Below, piece after piece: positions 10,402 to 19,938 of a stretch of DNA of 64,000 nucleotides; the stretch's first letter is position 1; every line of letters begins with the position of its first letter. The translations under genes and the position numbers were made by a program. Source of the DNA: Candidatus Altimarinota bacterium (GTDB lineage: Bacteria > Patescibacteriota > Gracilibacteria > CAIRYL01 > GCA-016699755). Location: the NCBI GenBank assembly GCA_963664295.1, contig OY760935.1, positions 224,001-288,000 on the forward strand. The letters run 5' to 3'. Below the pieces are notes generated by a model. It did not search any database and had not been told where the DNA came from. It worked only from the letters and a program-made list of their open reading frames with translations.

Positions 10402-10704
10402 ATGACAATTTCAGCAAAAAATAAGGATCAATTTTTTAAAGAGGCTTCCAAAGCGTTTACTCTTCCAAAAAATACTCATGAAATGAGTGAATTACTCAGG
10501 GGTATTCTTACTCCAGATGAAGTTGAACAAATAGCTTTGCGGTGGCAGGTTGTAAAAAGCTTGCTTGAAGGCGAGCCTCAGCGAGATATTGCCGAAAAAT
10601 TAGGAATAAGCATAACCACAATTACTCGTGGTAGTCGTGAAATTAAGCACGGCACAGGCATATTTCAAAAAATTTACCAAAGATTTACAGGTAAAAAATT
10701 ATGA
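10402..10704 (+). CDS. trpR: Trp repressor family (TrpR/YerC) regulator
   Basis: LTPDEVEQIALRWQVVKSLLEGEPQRDIAEKLGISITTITRGSREIK; heads the trp operon. Confidence 0.9.
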   Translation: MTISAKNKDQFFKEASKAFTLPKNTHEMSELLRGILTPDEVEQIALRWQVVKSLLEGEPQRDIAEKLGISITTITRGSREIKHGTGIFQKIYQRFTGKKL

Positions 10705-12215
10705 GCACACAGCAATTAATATTTGGATCATTAGAATTTTTAAAAGCACAAAAACAACTTGAATATAAAAAAGACAATATTAGCCATTATTTCCCCTTAA
10801 TAAGAGAAGAAAGTAATCCGTTTATTTTAGAATCAAAAGATATTTCTGATGTGTATGGTCGCCTTTCTTTGATCGGCTTTGATCCAATTATAAAAATCAC
10901 AGGCAAAAATAATTCCTTTGAAATAGCTCTTTTGCAAGAGCGAGGAAAAATCTTTTTTGATGAAATAGATGAAAGTGATTTTTCTTTGATTAAGGATTTT
11001 AAAAAAACTGACTCCAAGATAAGTGCGACCTTAGAAGAGCAGGAAGGAGTTTTTTCTGAAGAAAATCACACAAAAAAACACACTATTGCGGATAGTTTGC
11101 GGATTTTTCTTGATAAATTTAAAGCAGATCAAAAATGCTTTTTTGGTCTTTATGGCGCTTTTGCTTATGATTTCGTACGTCTTTTTGAGGATTTACCAAA
11201 TATAGCAGAGGATCAAGGCGATCCTGATTTTTGTTTTTATATTTACGATAGTTTTTTGTATTTTGATCACTTAAAAGAAAAAGCAGAACTTATTTTGTAT
11301 CGCAATTCTAAGCTTGAGTGTGATTATTCACTTAAAAAAATCAGTAAAAATTTAACAAAATCGTCAAAAGAAAAAGAGGGAGCTTATAAGATTACCAATC
11401 CTGCTTTTGATCTTGAACAAAAAGAGTATGAAGAATTAGTAAAAAAAGCCAAAGAGCTGGCAAGACAAGGAGAGACTTTTGAAGTGGTTTTTTCTCGCAC
11501 TTTAAAAGCGGATTTTGATGGTGATCCTTTTGCTTTGTATCAGGTTTATCAAGAAAAAAACCCCTCACCGTATATGTTTTATTTTGATTTTGGTGATGAG
11601 TTTTTGGTTGGTGCTTCGCCAGAGATGATGCTTAGGGTTGAAGATGGTGTTTGCAATACGCGCCCTATTTCCGGCACTATGCCAAGAGGAAAAAATCCAA
11701 TTGAGGATCATGAAAACATGCTTCATCTTTTGTCTTCAGAAAAAGAACGAGCAGAATTAGACATGCTTATAGATTTGGCGCGCAATGATTTGGCGCGGAT
11801 TTGTGAACCAGGAATTGAGATTACTGAATATCGTAAGGTGGAAAAATATTCTCGAGTTATGCACACTATTGCCCATGTTATTGGCAATTTGAAAAAAAAT
11901 TATACTGCACTTGATGCTTATATTGCTTGTGCAAATGCTGGCACTTTGACTGGTGCCCCTAAGGTGCAGGCTATGATTGAAATTGAAAAGCATGAGAAAA
12001 CTCGTCGTGGTTTTTATGGTGGTGCTGTAGGCTATTTTTCTTTTTCCGGAGATATGGATACAGCAATTATTATTCGTACAGCCCATATTAAAAACAAAAA
12101 ACTCAGCTTGCGCGTTGGTGCTACTTTGCTTTATGACTCTGATCCTGCTTTTGAATATAACGAAACCAAGGCAAAATCTCAGGCTTTTGTTGATACTTTT
12201 GCTCAATCGAAATGA
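10701..12215 (+). CDS. trpE: Anthranilate synthase component I
   Basis: NPSPYMFY, GASPEM, KERAELDMLIDLARNDL, AGTLTGAPK, RGFYGGAVGY. Confidence 0.93.
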   Translation: MSTQQLIFGSLEFLKAQKQLEYKKDNISHYFPLIREESNPFILESKDISDVYGRLSLIGFDPIIKITGKNNSFEIALLQERGKIFFDEIDESDFSLIKDFKKTDSKISATLEEQEGVFSEENHTKKHTIADSLRIFLDKFKADQKCFFGLYGAFAYDFVRLFEDLPNIAEDQGDPDFCFYIYDSFLYFDHLKEKAELILYRNSKLECDYSLKKISKNLTKSSKEKEGAYKITNPAFDLEQKEYEELVKKAKELARQGETFEVVFSRTLKADFDGDPFALYQVYQEKNPSPYMFYFDFGDEFLVGASPEMMLRVEDGVCNTRPISGTMPRGKNPIEDHENMLHLLSSEKERAELDMLIDLARNDLARICEPGIEITEYRKVEKYSRVMHTIAHVIGNLKKNYTALDAYIACANAGTLTGAPKVQAMIEIEKHEKTRRGFYGGAVGYFSFSGDMDTAIIIRTAHIKNKKLSLRVGATLLYDSDPAFEYNETKAKSQAFVDTFAQSK

Positions 12216-12799
12216 AATTTAAGAAAATATTACTAATAGACAACTTTGACTCATTTACCTTTAATTTGGTGGATTTTTTTGAAATTTTGGGAGCAGAAGT
12301 AAAGGTTTATCGCAATAATGTTTCTCTTGAGCTTATTGATAAACAGAGTTTTGATCTTTTGGTTTTTTCTCCTGGTCCTAGTGTGCCCAAAAATGCTGGC
12401 AATCTTATGGAGATAATTGATAAATACAAAGAAAAATCACCTATGTTTGGAGTTTGTTTGGGTCATGAGGCAATTACTGAAGCTTTTGGTGGTTCATTGA
12501 AGTTTGTTGAGCCTGTCCATGGTCGGCGTTCAGATATTCATCATGATGAAAAAACAATTTTTAAAGATTTACCAACACCATACAAGGCAGGTCGTTATCA
12601 TTCTTTGGTGAGTGATTTTATTCCTGATTGTTTTGAAATTAGCGCTGAAACTGATAATTTGGTAATGGCAATGCGACATAAAACTTTGCCGATTGAGTCT
12701 GTGCAGTTTCATCCGGAGTCTGTTCTGACAATGGAGAATGAAAATGGCTTAAAGATGATAAAAAACATTCTTAATGGTAATTTTGCTAATTTAAAATGA
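12212..12799 (+). CDS. trpG: Anthranilate synthase component II (glutamine amidotransferase)
   Basis: IDNFDSFTFNL, SPGP, GVCLGH, RYHSL, QFHPES. Confidence 0.93.
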   Translation: MKFKKILLIDNFDSFTFNLVDFFEILGAEVKVYRNNVSLELIDKQSFDLLVFSPGPSVPKNAGNLMEIIDKYKEKSPMFGVCLGHEAITEAFGGSLKFVEPVHGRRSDIHHDEKTIFKDLPTPYKAGRYHSLVSDFIPDCFEISAETDNLVMAMRHKTLPIESVQFHPESVLTMENENGLKMIKNILNGNFANLK

Positions 12800-13263
12800 T
12801 TGATGATTTAATAATTCGGTCAGCAAAAAAAGAAGATTTTGAGCAGGTTTTTAGCCTTGTTATTCAGCTGGAAGAGCTTTATGGAGATCCAATAGAGTAT
12901 TTTATGAAAAATAAGCCTGCTTATCAGGTTCAATTTGAAAAAAATTTGAAAATAAAAAATTTTTTTATGAAAGTAGCCGAGCTTAATGGTCATATTATTG
13001 CTTATATAGCCTATTCTCCCATTATTGGTAATTGGAATATTAATGATAAGCATTGGGAAATTGCTGAACTTTGTGTTGATAAAGATTTTCGCAATCAAAA
13101 AATTGGCGAAAAAATGCTTGATTATGTAGAAAATATAATGAGAAAAAAAGATGTTTCTGTTGTGCATCTTGGATCAGAGATTGTTAGAAAAGATGCTCAT
13201 AGATTTTATGAAAATCATGGTTTTGAGAAAAAATATTTTAAATTTAGAAAAAATATTAAATAA
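12796..13263 (+). CDS. GNAT family N-acetyltransferase
   Basis: LCVDKDFRNQKIGEKML acetyl-CoA binding motif, AHRFYENHGF. Confidence 0.85.
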   Translation: MIDDLIIRSAKKEDFEQVFSLVIQLEELYGDPIEYFMKNKPAYQVQFEKNLKIKNFFMKVAELNGHIIAYIAYSPIIGNWNINDKHWEIAELCVDKDFRNQKIGEKMLDYVENIMRKKDVSVVHLGSEIVRKDAHRFYENHGFEKKYFKFRKNIK

Positions 13264-13274
13264 ATAATTCAATT

Positions 13275-14258
13275 ATGATTAATTCAATTTTACACAAATT
13301 AAGCACAAAAGAAGCACTCACCAAGCGTGATGTTGAGACTTTGTTTACTGATCTTGTTTCTGATGCGGAGCGAAAAGAATTTTTGTTGCTTTTGAATGAA
13401 AGAGGTGTCACTGCTGAGGATATTGCACTTTTTGTTGAAGTTTTATTGCCAAAAAAGTTTCCGGAAATGCCAGAGGCAATTGATGTTTGCGGAACTGGAG
13501 GATCAGGATTAAAAAGAATTAATACCTCAACTATTGCATCTTTTGTCCTTGCTTCTGCTGGAATTGGTATTGCCAAACATGGCAACAGGGCTTCTTCTGG
13601 GCGTTTTGGCAGTTTTGATTTATTGGAAAAATTGGGTGTAAATATTGATTTTGATGAGAAAAAGCTTAAAGAGGCATATAAAAAAACAGGTTTGGCCTTT
13701 ATATTTGCACAAAAGTTTTTTCCTGCCATGAGATATTTTGCGCAAGTGCGAAAAGATATTAGCGCACCTACTGTTTTTAATTTTCTTGGGCCTTTACTTA
13801 ACCCTGCTCAGCCTAAGAAGCAGGTTATTGGAACTTGCTCCAAAGACAATGCAGTCTTACTTGCCAAGGCTTCAAAATTATTAGGTAAGGAGCATGTTGT
13901 TGTGGTTAGTGGCTTGGATCGTTTGGATGAGATTACTATTTCGAATATGACTTATTGTTGTGAGATGAAAGATGGTGAGATTAATGAATTTATGATTTCT
14001 CCTGATGACCTTGGTTTTGAGAGAGTTTTGTTTAAAAAAATTGCTGGCGGTACGCCAGTTGCTAATACTTATGTTGCTATGCAGATTTTGAATGGTACTT
14101 GCGAAACTGCGCATGTGAATTTAGTTTTGGCAAATGTGGCTTTTATCCTCTTTTTTATGGGTAAGGTGGACACTCCTCGAGAAGGCGTGATGATGGCTGA
14201 GGAGATTATTAAAAAAGGCTTGGCTTTGGAAAAATATAATGCCTATAAAGCACTTTAA
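13275..14258 (+). CDS. trpD: Anthranilate phosphoribosyltransferase
   Basis: DVCGTGGSG, NTST, KHGNRASS, TVFNFLGPLLNP, LDEI. Confidence 0.94.
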   Translation: MINSILHKLSTKEALTKRDVETLFTDLVSDAERKEFLLLLNERGVTAEDIALFVEVLLPKKFPEMPEAIDVCGTGGSGLKRINTSTIASFVLASAGIGIAKHGNRASSGRFGSFDLLEKLGVNIDFDEKKLKEAYKKTGLAFIFAQKFFPAMRYFAQVRKDISAPTVFNFLGPLLNPAQPKKQVIGTCSKDNAVLLAKASKLLGKEHVVVVSGLDRLDEITISNMTYCCEMKDGEINEFMISPDDLGFERVLFKKIAGGTPVANTYVAMQILNGTCETAHVNLVLANVAFILFFMGKVDTPREGVMMAEEIIKKGLALEKYNAYKAL

Positions 14259-14330
14259 TAAAACTTATTTAAGTTTTTTGTATAAAATATTTGTTCATTA
14301 AAATTTTGCTGTTATTTTATTATTCGTTTA

Positions 14331-14486
14331 GGCGAATTCCCTTCAGAATGACAGAGAGGCGATGCCTAAGGTAGACTTTGAGCAAATGTCCAAGGAGATT
14401 GCGGATCAAGTCCGCAATGACAAAGCAGGACTTGAGCGCATGAACAAGGAGATTCTTCGCTCCGTTTCACTCCGCTCAGAATGACA
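14331..14486. repeat. Palindromic repeat cluster 2 (inside trp operon)
   Basis: GAGATTGCGGATCAAGTCCGCAATGACA and GAGATTCTTCGCTCC...CGCTCAGAATGACA modules. Confidence 0.9.
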
Positions 14487-14622
14487 AGGTGGGTGCGCGC
14501 TTAGGTTAGTCTGTTGGTATAGAAAATTATAAATGGCGAAAGAAAATTATTATAGGCAATCGCAGAATCGACTCATAGTTATAATTTGCCTTAAGGCTTA
14601 GCAGCAAAATAATATAAATTAT

Positions 14623-15966
14623 ATGAATATTCTTGAAAAAATTACGGCATATAAAAAGCAAGAAATAAAAAATTTGCCTCCAAAAGGTGAGCGCAAATTT
14701 GCGCATAAAGATTTTTTACAAGCAATACAAGGCAAAGAAAAAATAAAACTAATTGCAGAAATAAAGCAAAAATCCCCATCTAATCCACAAATTTTTCAAG
14801 GAGAAAATTTTAATCCAGTAGAAATAGCAATAAAGTACAAAAACGCAGGAGCAAGCGCTATTTCTGTGCTTACCGATAAGCAATTTTTTGGTGGCAGTTT
14901 TAATGATCTTGCAAAAGCAAAAGAAGCTTCGGATTTGCCTGTTTTGGCAAAAGATTTTTTTATTTCCAAAGAGCAAATTGATGTAGCTTATCAGCATGGT
15001 GCTGATGCGATTTTGTTGATTGTAAAAATACTTTCTTTGGCTGAATTGCAGGATTTGCTTGTATATGCCGAAGAAAAAGGGCTGTCTGCATTGGTAGAAA
15101 TTGCAGATGAAGATGATTTGCAAAAAGTTTTGCAAACTTCAGCCAAAATAATTGGCATAAATAATCGTAATTTGGAAAATTTTGTCACCAAGCGAATAAA
15201 TACTTTTAAATTAGCAAAAAAATTACCAAAAGATTGTGTAATTGTTTCCTTGAGTGGTTTGCGTGGTGCTGATGTACAGGTTTTTAAAGGTCTTGTTGAT
15301 GCGGTTTTGGTGGGTACTCAAATTATGCAGGCAGAAAATTATGAGAAAAAAATAAAAGAATTTATAAAACCACGGCCTCTTTTGAAAATTTGTGGAGTGC
15401 GAGATCAAAAAACTGCTGAATATTGTGAAAAAATTGGAGTTGATTTTTGTGGATTTAATTTTGTGCCTTCTTCTAGGCGTGTTGTTGAGCTTGATCTGGC
15501 TAGTGATTTGCGAAAATGCTTGAAAAATACTTTTGCCGTGGGGGTTTTTCAAAATCAGGATTTGGATTATGTGAACAAAATTGCTGATGAGCTTGATCTT
15601 GATTTTGTGCAATTGCATGGCGAGGAAAGCCCTATTTATTGCGAAAAAGTCGCTCGACCAATAATTAAGGTAATTTCTTTGGAGAATGAAAAAGATTTAG
15701 AAAAAATTAGTCAATACGAGCAAGTAGTGGATATTTTACTTTTTGATGCTAGGCAGGCGGGTGCTGGTGAAGAATTTGATCATAATTTATTACAAAATAT
15801 TGCAATAAATAAGCCGTTTTTTATTGCTGGTGGGGTTAACGTAAACAATGCACAGAAAATTATTAGTAAATTTGACTTAATTGGTTTGGATACTGCCAGC
15901 GGAGCAGAAGAAGATGGGCAGATTTCTTTAGATAAAATTTCTCAACTTTTTAATTTATTATCATGA
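14623..15966 (+). CDS. trpCF: Bifunctional indole-3-glycerol phosphate synthase / phosphoribosylanthranilate isomerase
   Basis: IAEIKQKSPS, ISVLTD, GINNRNL (TrpC) then LKICGV, VQLHGEE, LFDA, FFIAGG, LDTASG (TrpF). Confidence 0.93.
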   Translation: MNILEKITAYKKQEIKNLPPKGERKFAHKDFLQAIQGKEKIKLIAEIKQKSPSNPQIFQGENFNPVEIAIKYKNAGASAISVLTDKQFFGGSFNDLAKAKEASDLPVLAKDFFISKEQIDVAYQHGADAILLIVKILSLAELQDLLVYAEEKGLSALVEIADEDDLQKVLQTSAKIIGINNRNLENFVTKRINTFKLAKKLPKDCVIVSLSGLRGADVQVFKGLVDAVLVGTQIMQAENYEKKIKEFIKPRPLLKICGVRDQKTAEYCEKIGVDFCGFNFVPSSRRVVELDLASDLRKCLKNTFAVGVFQNQDLDYVNKIADELDLDFVQLHGEESPIYCEKVARPIIKVISLENEKDLEKISQYEQVVDILLFDARQAGAGEEFDHNLLQNIAINKPFFIAGGVNVNNAQKIISKFDLIGLDTASGAEEDGQISLDKISQLFNLLS

Positions 15967-17195
15967 AAAATCTCAAAAACTATGTGTTGAACAAAAAAGG
16001 TAGATTTGGTGATTATGGTGGGCGTTTTGTTCCAGAAACTCTTGTGCCTACAATGGACAAACTTGCTGAGGAGTTTTTTAAGGCAATTAAAGATAAAAAT
16101 TTTCTTGATGAATTAAATATTTTACGCAGAGATTTTGCAGGTAGGCCAACTTCACTTTTGTATCTTGATAAGCTGACAAAAAATTTAGGTGGAGCAAAAA
16201 TTTATCTTAAAAATGAAGGAATGTTGCATACTGGTGCGCATAAAATGAATCATTGTCTTGGGCAGGGACTTTTGTGTAAGCGCATGGGTAAAAAAAGAGT
16301 AATTGCTGAAACAGGGGCAGGGCAACATGGATTAGCAACTGCTACTATGTGTGCAAAACTTGGCTTGGAATGTGTTGTTTATATGGGCGCAAAAGATGTT
16401 GAGCGCCAAAGGCCGAATGTTTTTTGGATGGAAAGATTGGGCGCAAAAGTTGTGCCTGTTTATGAGGGCGGTCAGGTCCTTCGTGATGCCATTAACGCGG
16501 CTATGCGTGATCTTATGGCTGATCCAGAAAATACACATTATCTTCTTGGTACTGTTTGCGGTTGTCATCCCTATCCCGTGATGAATACTTATTTTCAAAA
16601 AATAGTTGGTGAAGAGGTGAAAAAAGAATTTAAAAAAAGAGAAGGAAAATTGCCAAATAAACTTGTTGCCTGTGTTGGCGGAGGGTCAAATGCTATGGGA
16701 CTTTTTCATGCTTTTTTAGATGAAAAAAATGTAGAGCTTATTGGCGTAGAGGCTGGAGGAAAGGGTATAAAAGGCACAGATCATGCAGCTCGTTTTCAAA
16801 AAGGTTCAGTTGGAGTTTCTGAGGGTATGAAATCTTATTTTCTTCAAAATCATGATGGGCAGATGCAAAATACTCATTCTATTTCCGCTGGCTTGGATTA
16901 TTCTGGTGTTGGACCTCAGCTTTCTTATTTGAAAGAAATTGGACGAGTTCAATTTACTTACGCCACCGATGATAAGGTGATTAAAGCTTGGGAAACTTTG
17001 GCAAAAGAAGAGGGGATTTTTCCTGCTTTGGAATCTTCCCATGCTCTTGCTAAGACTATTGAGCTTGCACCAAAAATGAAAAAAAGTGAGAGTATTGTCT
17101 TTAATATGTCTGGCAGGGGAGATAAAGACCTTTTCATAGTCACCAAGGCAGTTGGTGATGAAAATTTTAGAAAATTTTTAAAATCTCAAATATGA
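15963..17195 (+). CDS. trpB: Tryptophan synthase beta chain
   Basis: HTGAHKMN, AETGAGQHG, VGGGSNA, SISAGLDY, ALESSHA, SGRGDKD. Confidence 0.97.
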   Translation: MKNLKNYVLNKKGRFGDYGGRFVPETLVPTMDKLAEEFFKAIKDKNFLDELNILRRDFAGRPTSLLYLDKLTKNLGGAKIYLKNEGMLHTGAHKMNHCLGQGLLCKRMGKKRVIAETGAGQHGLATATMCAKLGLECVVYMGAKDVERQRPNVFWMERLGAKVVPVYEGGQVLRDAINAAMRDLMADPENTHYLLGTVCGCHPYPVMNTYFQKIVGEEVKKEFKKREGKLPNKLVACVGGGSNAMGLFHAFLDEKNVELIGVEAGGKGIKGTDHAARFQKGSVGVSEGMKSYFLQNHDGQMQNTHSISAGLDYSGVGPQLSYLKEIGRVQFTYATDDKVIKAWETLAKEEGIFPALESSHALAKTIELAPKMKKSESIVFNMSGRGDKDLFIVTKAVGDENFRKFLKSQI

Positions 17196-17983
17196 AAAAA
17201 ATCACTGAACAACTGGAAAAAATTAGTAAAGAAAAAAGAACAGGCTTAATGACTCATGTTGTGGCTGGGTGCCCTGAGATGACCATGACAGAGGAAATAA
17301 TAAAAATAATGGCAGAAAATGGAGCTGATTTTGTGGAAATCCAAATTCCTTTTTCCGATCCTGTTGCTGACGGACCTGTGATGATGGAAGCAAATGAAAT
17401 TGCGCTTGCAAATGGCACGAAAGTTGCTGACGCATTTAAGTTAGCTGAAAAAATGAGTAAAAAAGTGGATATTCCGCTTTTGTTTATGGGTTATTTTAAT
17501 AATGTTTACAAAATGGGGGTGAAAAAATTTTGCAAAACAGCAAAAAAAGCTGGCATAAGCGGAGTTATTTTTCCGGATATACCTTTTGATGAAGCTAAAA
17601 AAGAAGGTTTTTTAGAAGAAATTAGAAAAAATGGTTTAGATTTTATACAGGTTGTTTCTGAGACCACTTCTGTTGAGCGATTAAAAGAAATTTCTAAAAC
17701 AGCTAGCGGGCTTGTTTATTGCACTGCTCGTTTGGGAATTACCGGATTGCACGCAAAAGCTTCTGATAATTTGGCAGGTTATTTAAAAAGAGTTAAAAAA
17801 TATGTGAAACTGCCTTTGGCTGTTGGTTTTGGAATTTCTAGCAAGCAAGACATACAAAATATTGCTAAAAATGCAGATATTGCTGTGATTGGGTCAGCAA
17901 TTATGAGAATTAGCCTTGATAAAAAGTTGAGTAATAAGCAGAAATTGAAAAAAATTGAAGAATTTTTAAGAAAACTTAAATAA
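17192..17983 (+). CDS. trpA: Tryptophan synthase alpha chain
   Basis: EIQIPFSDPVADGPV, GITG, VGFGIS, IGSA. Confidence 0.96.
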   Translation: MKKITEQLEKISKEKRTGLMTHVVAGCPEMTMTEEIIKIMAENGADFVEIQIPFSDPVADGPVMMEANEIALANGTKVADAFKLAEKMSKKVDIPLLFMGYFNNVYKMGVKKFCKTAKKAGISGVIFPDIPFDEAKKEGFLEEIRKNGLDFIQVVSETTSVERLKEISKTASGLVYCTARLGITGLHAKASDNLAGYLKRVKKYVKLPLAVGFGISSKQDIQNIAKNADIAVIGSAIMRISLDKKLSNKQKLKKIEEFLRKLK

Positions 17984-18077
17984 AATTATTTTAATTACGT
18001 TAAAACAATTTCTAAATGAACCTTGAAACCCGTTTTTGTTTGTGCAAAAATGGGTTTACTTATTTTTTAATTGAACC

Positions 18078-19616
18078 ATGAGAAAAATGTATGTTGATAA
18101 CCAATGGGGTTATGATGTTAAACAAACTAATCCTTTTTGGATTGCTCTTTATAATTTGCGTGAGGTTGCCAAGGAAAGCGTAGGCGAAGAGAATGTTCTT
18201 GATCTTTCTCGTGGTGATCCTGGTTATGGCTTTGCTCCTAGTACAGAAGGAAGAGCTTTTTATTCTTACCTTTTATTTATTGACACTGTATTAAATAACT
18301 CAGGTACTCATTTTGTTTATACAGACACTCCATATGAGGAGGTAATGGCAACTATTAAAACAGAAACTGAGAAAAATTATTCAGCAGAACAAGCAAAGGC
18401 TAACTTAGACATGCTTAATCATTATATTAAAGAACTTGTGCGCATTGCAGGTGAACAGGGAATAAATTATTCTGAGCGCGATGTTTTGTTTCATACTTTT
18501 AAATATGCCTCTGTTTCTGGTGGTTGTTATCATGATTATCAAGGTGAGGAATTGTGTCGTGCTGTTGTGGCTGATTTTTACACTCAAGAACTTGGTGAAA
18601 AAATTATTGCTGATGATTTAGTTTTTGTTCGTGGTGTTTCTGATGGTATTGGTACTTTTTTTAAGCTTATGGGTGCGGAAGGAATTGGTTTTTTGAAAGA
18701 GGGCGATACAGTTCTTTCTTCTTCTCCTGCTTATTCTCCATATAATAATATTTTTCTTAGTCGTGGGCTTAATGTTGTTTCTGTGAGTATTGACAACAAG
18801 ACTGGTGATTTAGACGAAAAATCAATAAAAACTATTGAGGAATATGAAGGTAGAATTAAGTGTATTGTTTTAATTGATCCAAATAATCCAACTGGACATC
18901 TTGCTCCTGATGGATTTAAAAAACGCATTGTTGAAACAGCAGAAAAACATAATTCAATTATTCTTACTGATGAGGTTTATTCTTCATTTTTTGCTGATAT
19001 GAAATCTGTTTTTAATTCTGCTAAAAAACGTACTTTAAGAATTAATGCTCGCAGTAAAATTGAACGCAGTACAGGTCTTCGTTTTGGTGATTATTTGCTT
19101 CCTGAGGCAAGTAATAAATTTATGACAGAAGAAATTTTGGCCGATTATTTGCCAAAAGGATCTAATTTGAAACTTGCTTTAATGCAAGCAAAAGCTCCTG
19201 GTGGTATTAAAGGTGAATTTATGCACACTACTTTTGTGACTGGACCATCCCAATTTTTAGGCATTTCCCATATTATTTTTGGTCAAAAAAGTAGAGATAT
19301 GTACACTAGAATGGTGCGCGAAGCAACAAGTGTTTTTGCTGACCATCTTGGTGTTGAGTATGAAGGAAATACTTATTATTCGGTTTTTGATATGAACGAA
19401 ATTGCTTCTGAAGAAAAAAGAGCTCTTCCTGCTGAGGAAAAATTTTATCAACTTGCAAAAAGAGGAGTTGTTCTTATTCCTGCTTATATGTTTTATTCTG
19501 AAGTGGATAAAAATAATCATTCTTTAGAAAATCGCGCTCGTGCTTGTTTGCCAAATTTACCTTTAGAAAAAGTGAAAGAAGCAGCAGATATTACTAAAGA
19601 GTACTTAGCAAGCTAG
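18078..19616 (+). CDS. PLP-dependent class I/II aminotransferase, aspartate 4-decarboxylase-like
   Basis: IDPNNPTG, ILTDEVY, RSK...GLRFG; N-terminal LDLSRGDP and 512-aa length resemble AspD family. Confidence 0.7.
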   Translation: MRKMYVDNQWGYDVKQTNPFWIALYNLREVAKESVGEENVLDLSRGDPGYGFAPSTEGRAFYSYLLFIDTVLNNSGTHFVYTDTPYEEVMATIKTETEKNYSAEQAKANLDMLNHYIKELVRIAGEQGINYSERDVLFHTFKYASVSGGCYHDYQGEELCRAVVADFYTQELGEKIIADDLVFVRGVSDGIGTFFKLMGAEGIGFLKEGDTVLSSSPAYSPYNNIFLSRGLNVVSVSIDNKTGDLDEKSIKTIEEYEGRIKCIVLIDPNNPTGHLAPDGFKKRIVETAEKHNSIILTDEVYSSFFADMKSVFNSAKKRTLRINARSKIERSTGLRFGDYLLPEASNKFMTEEILADYLPKGSNLKLALMQAKAPGGIKGEFMHTTFVTGPSQFLGISHIIFGQKSRDMYTRMVREATSVFADHLGVEYEGNTYYSVFDMNEIASEEKRALPAEEKFYQLAKRGVVLIPAYMFYSEVDKNNHSLENRARACLPNLPLEKVKEAADITKEYLAS

Positions 19617-19635
19617 GTTTTTATTTAAAAAATTA

Positions 19636-19938
19636 ATGTATTCCCCTAAAAAACTTATTGATGATTTAAGAGGGGCGCCACTAAGCGCAAAAGAAGAAAC
19701 AAAGGATCATTTTTCTATTGAGATACCGTGTCGTAATTGTCCTGATTTAAATTCTGCTAATTGTAATTGTGCAGTAGGGCAAGGAATGCAAAACGAAAGT
19801 TTAAATCGCATATCACTTGATTTCCTTGATGCAATAGTAGCTAGTTGTCCAGAGGTCTTAACAACTGTTCCAAATTTGCAAAATGATAGCATAGAAGGGA
19901 TAATGAAAGCATTAATAAAATGCGACAAACAAAAATAA
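19636..19938 (+). CDS. Hypothetical protein with Cys cluster
   Basis: ORF between two plus-strand genes; CRNC...CNC; overlaps pyk start by 19 nt. Confidence 0.55.
   Translation: MYSPKKLIDDLRGAPLSAKEETKDHFSIEIPCRNCPDLNSANCNCAVGQGMQNESLNRISLDFLDAIVASCPEVLTTVPNLQNDSIEGIMKALIKCDKQK

Noticed and set aside
9341-12215. Genetic code 25 (TGA as Gly) as in some Gracilibacteria
   Set aside because: Conserved genes are full-length in code 11, and TGA ends dnaE, trpR and trpE at expected positions, including ATGA overlaps
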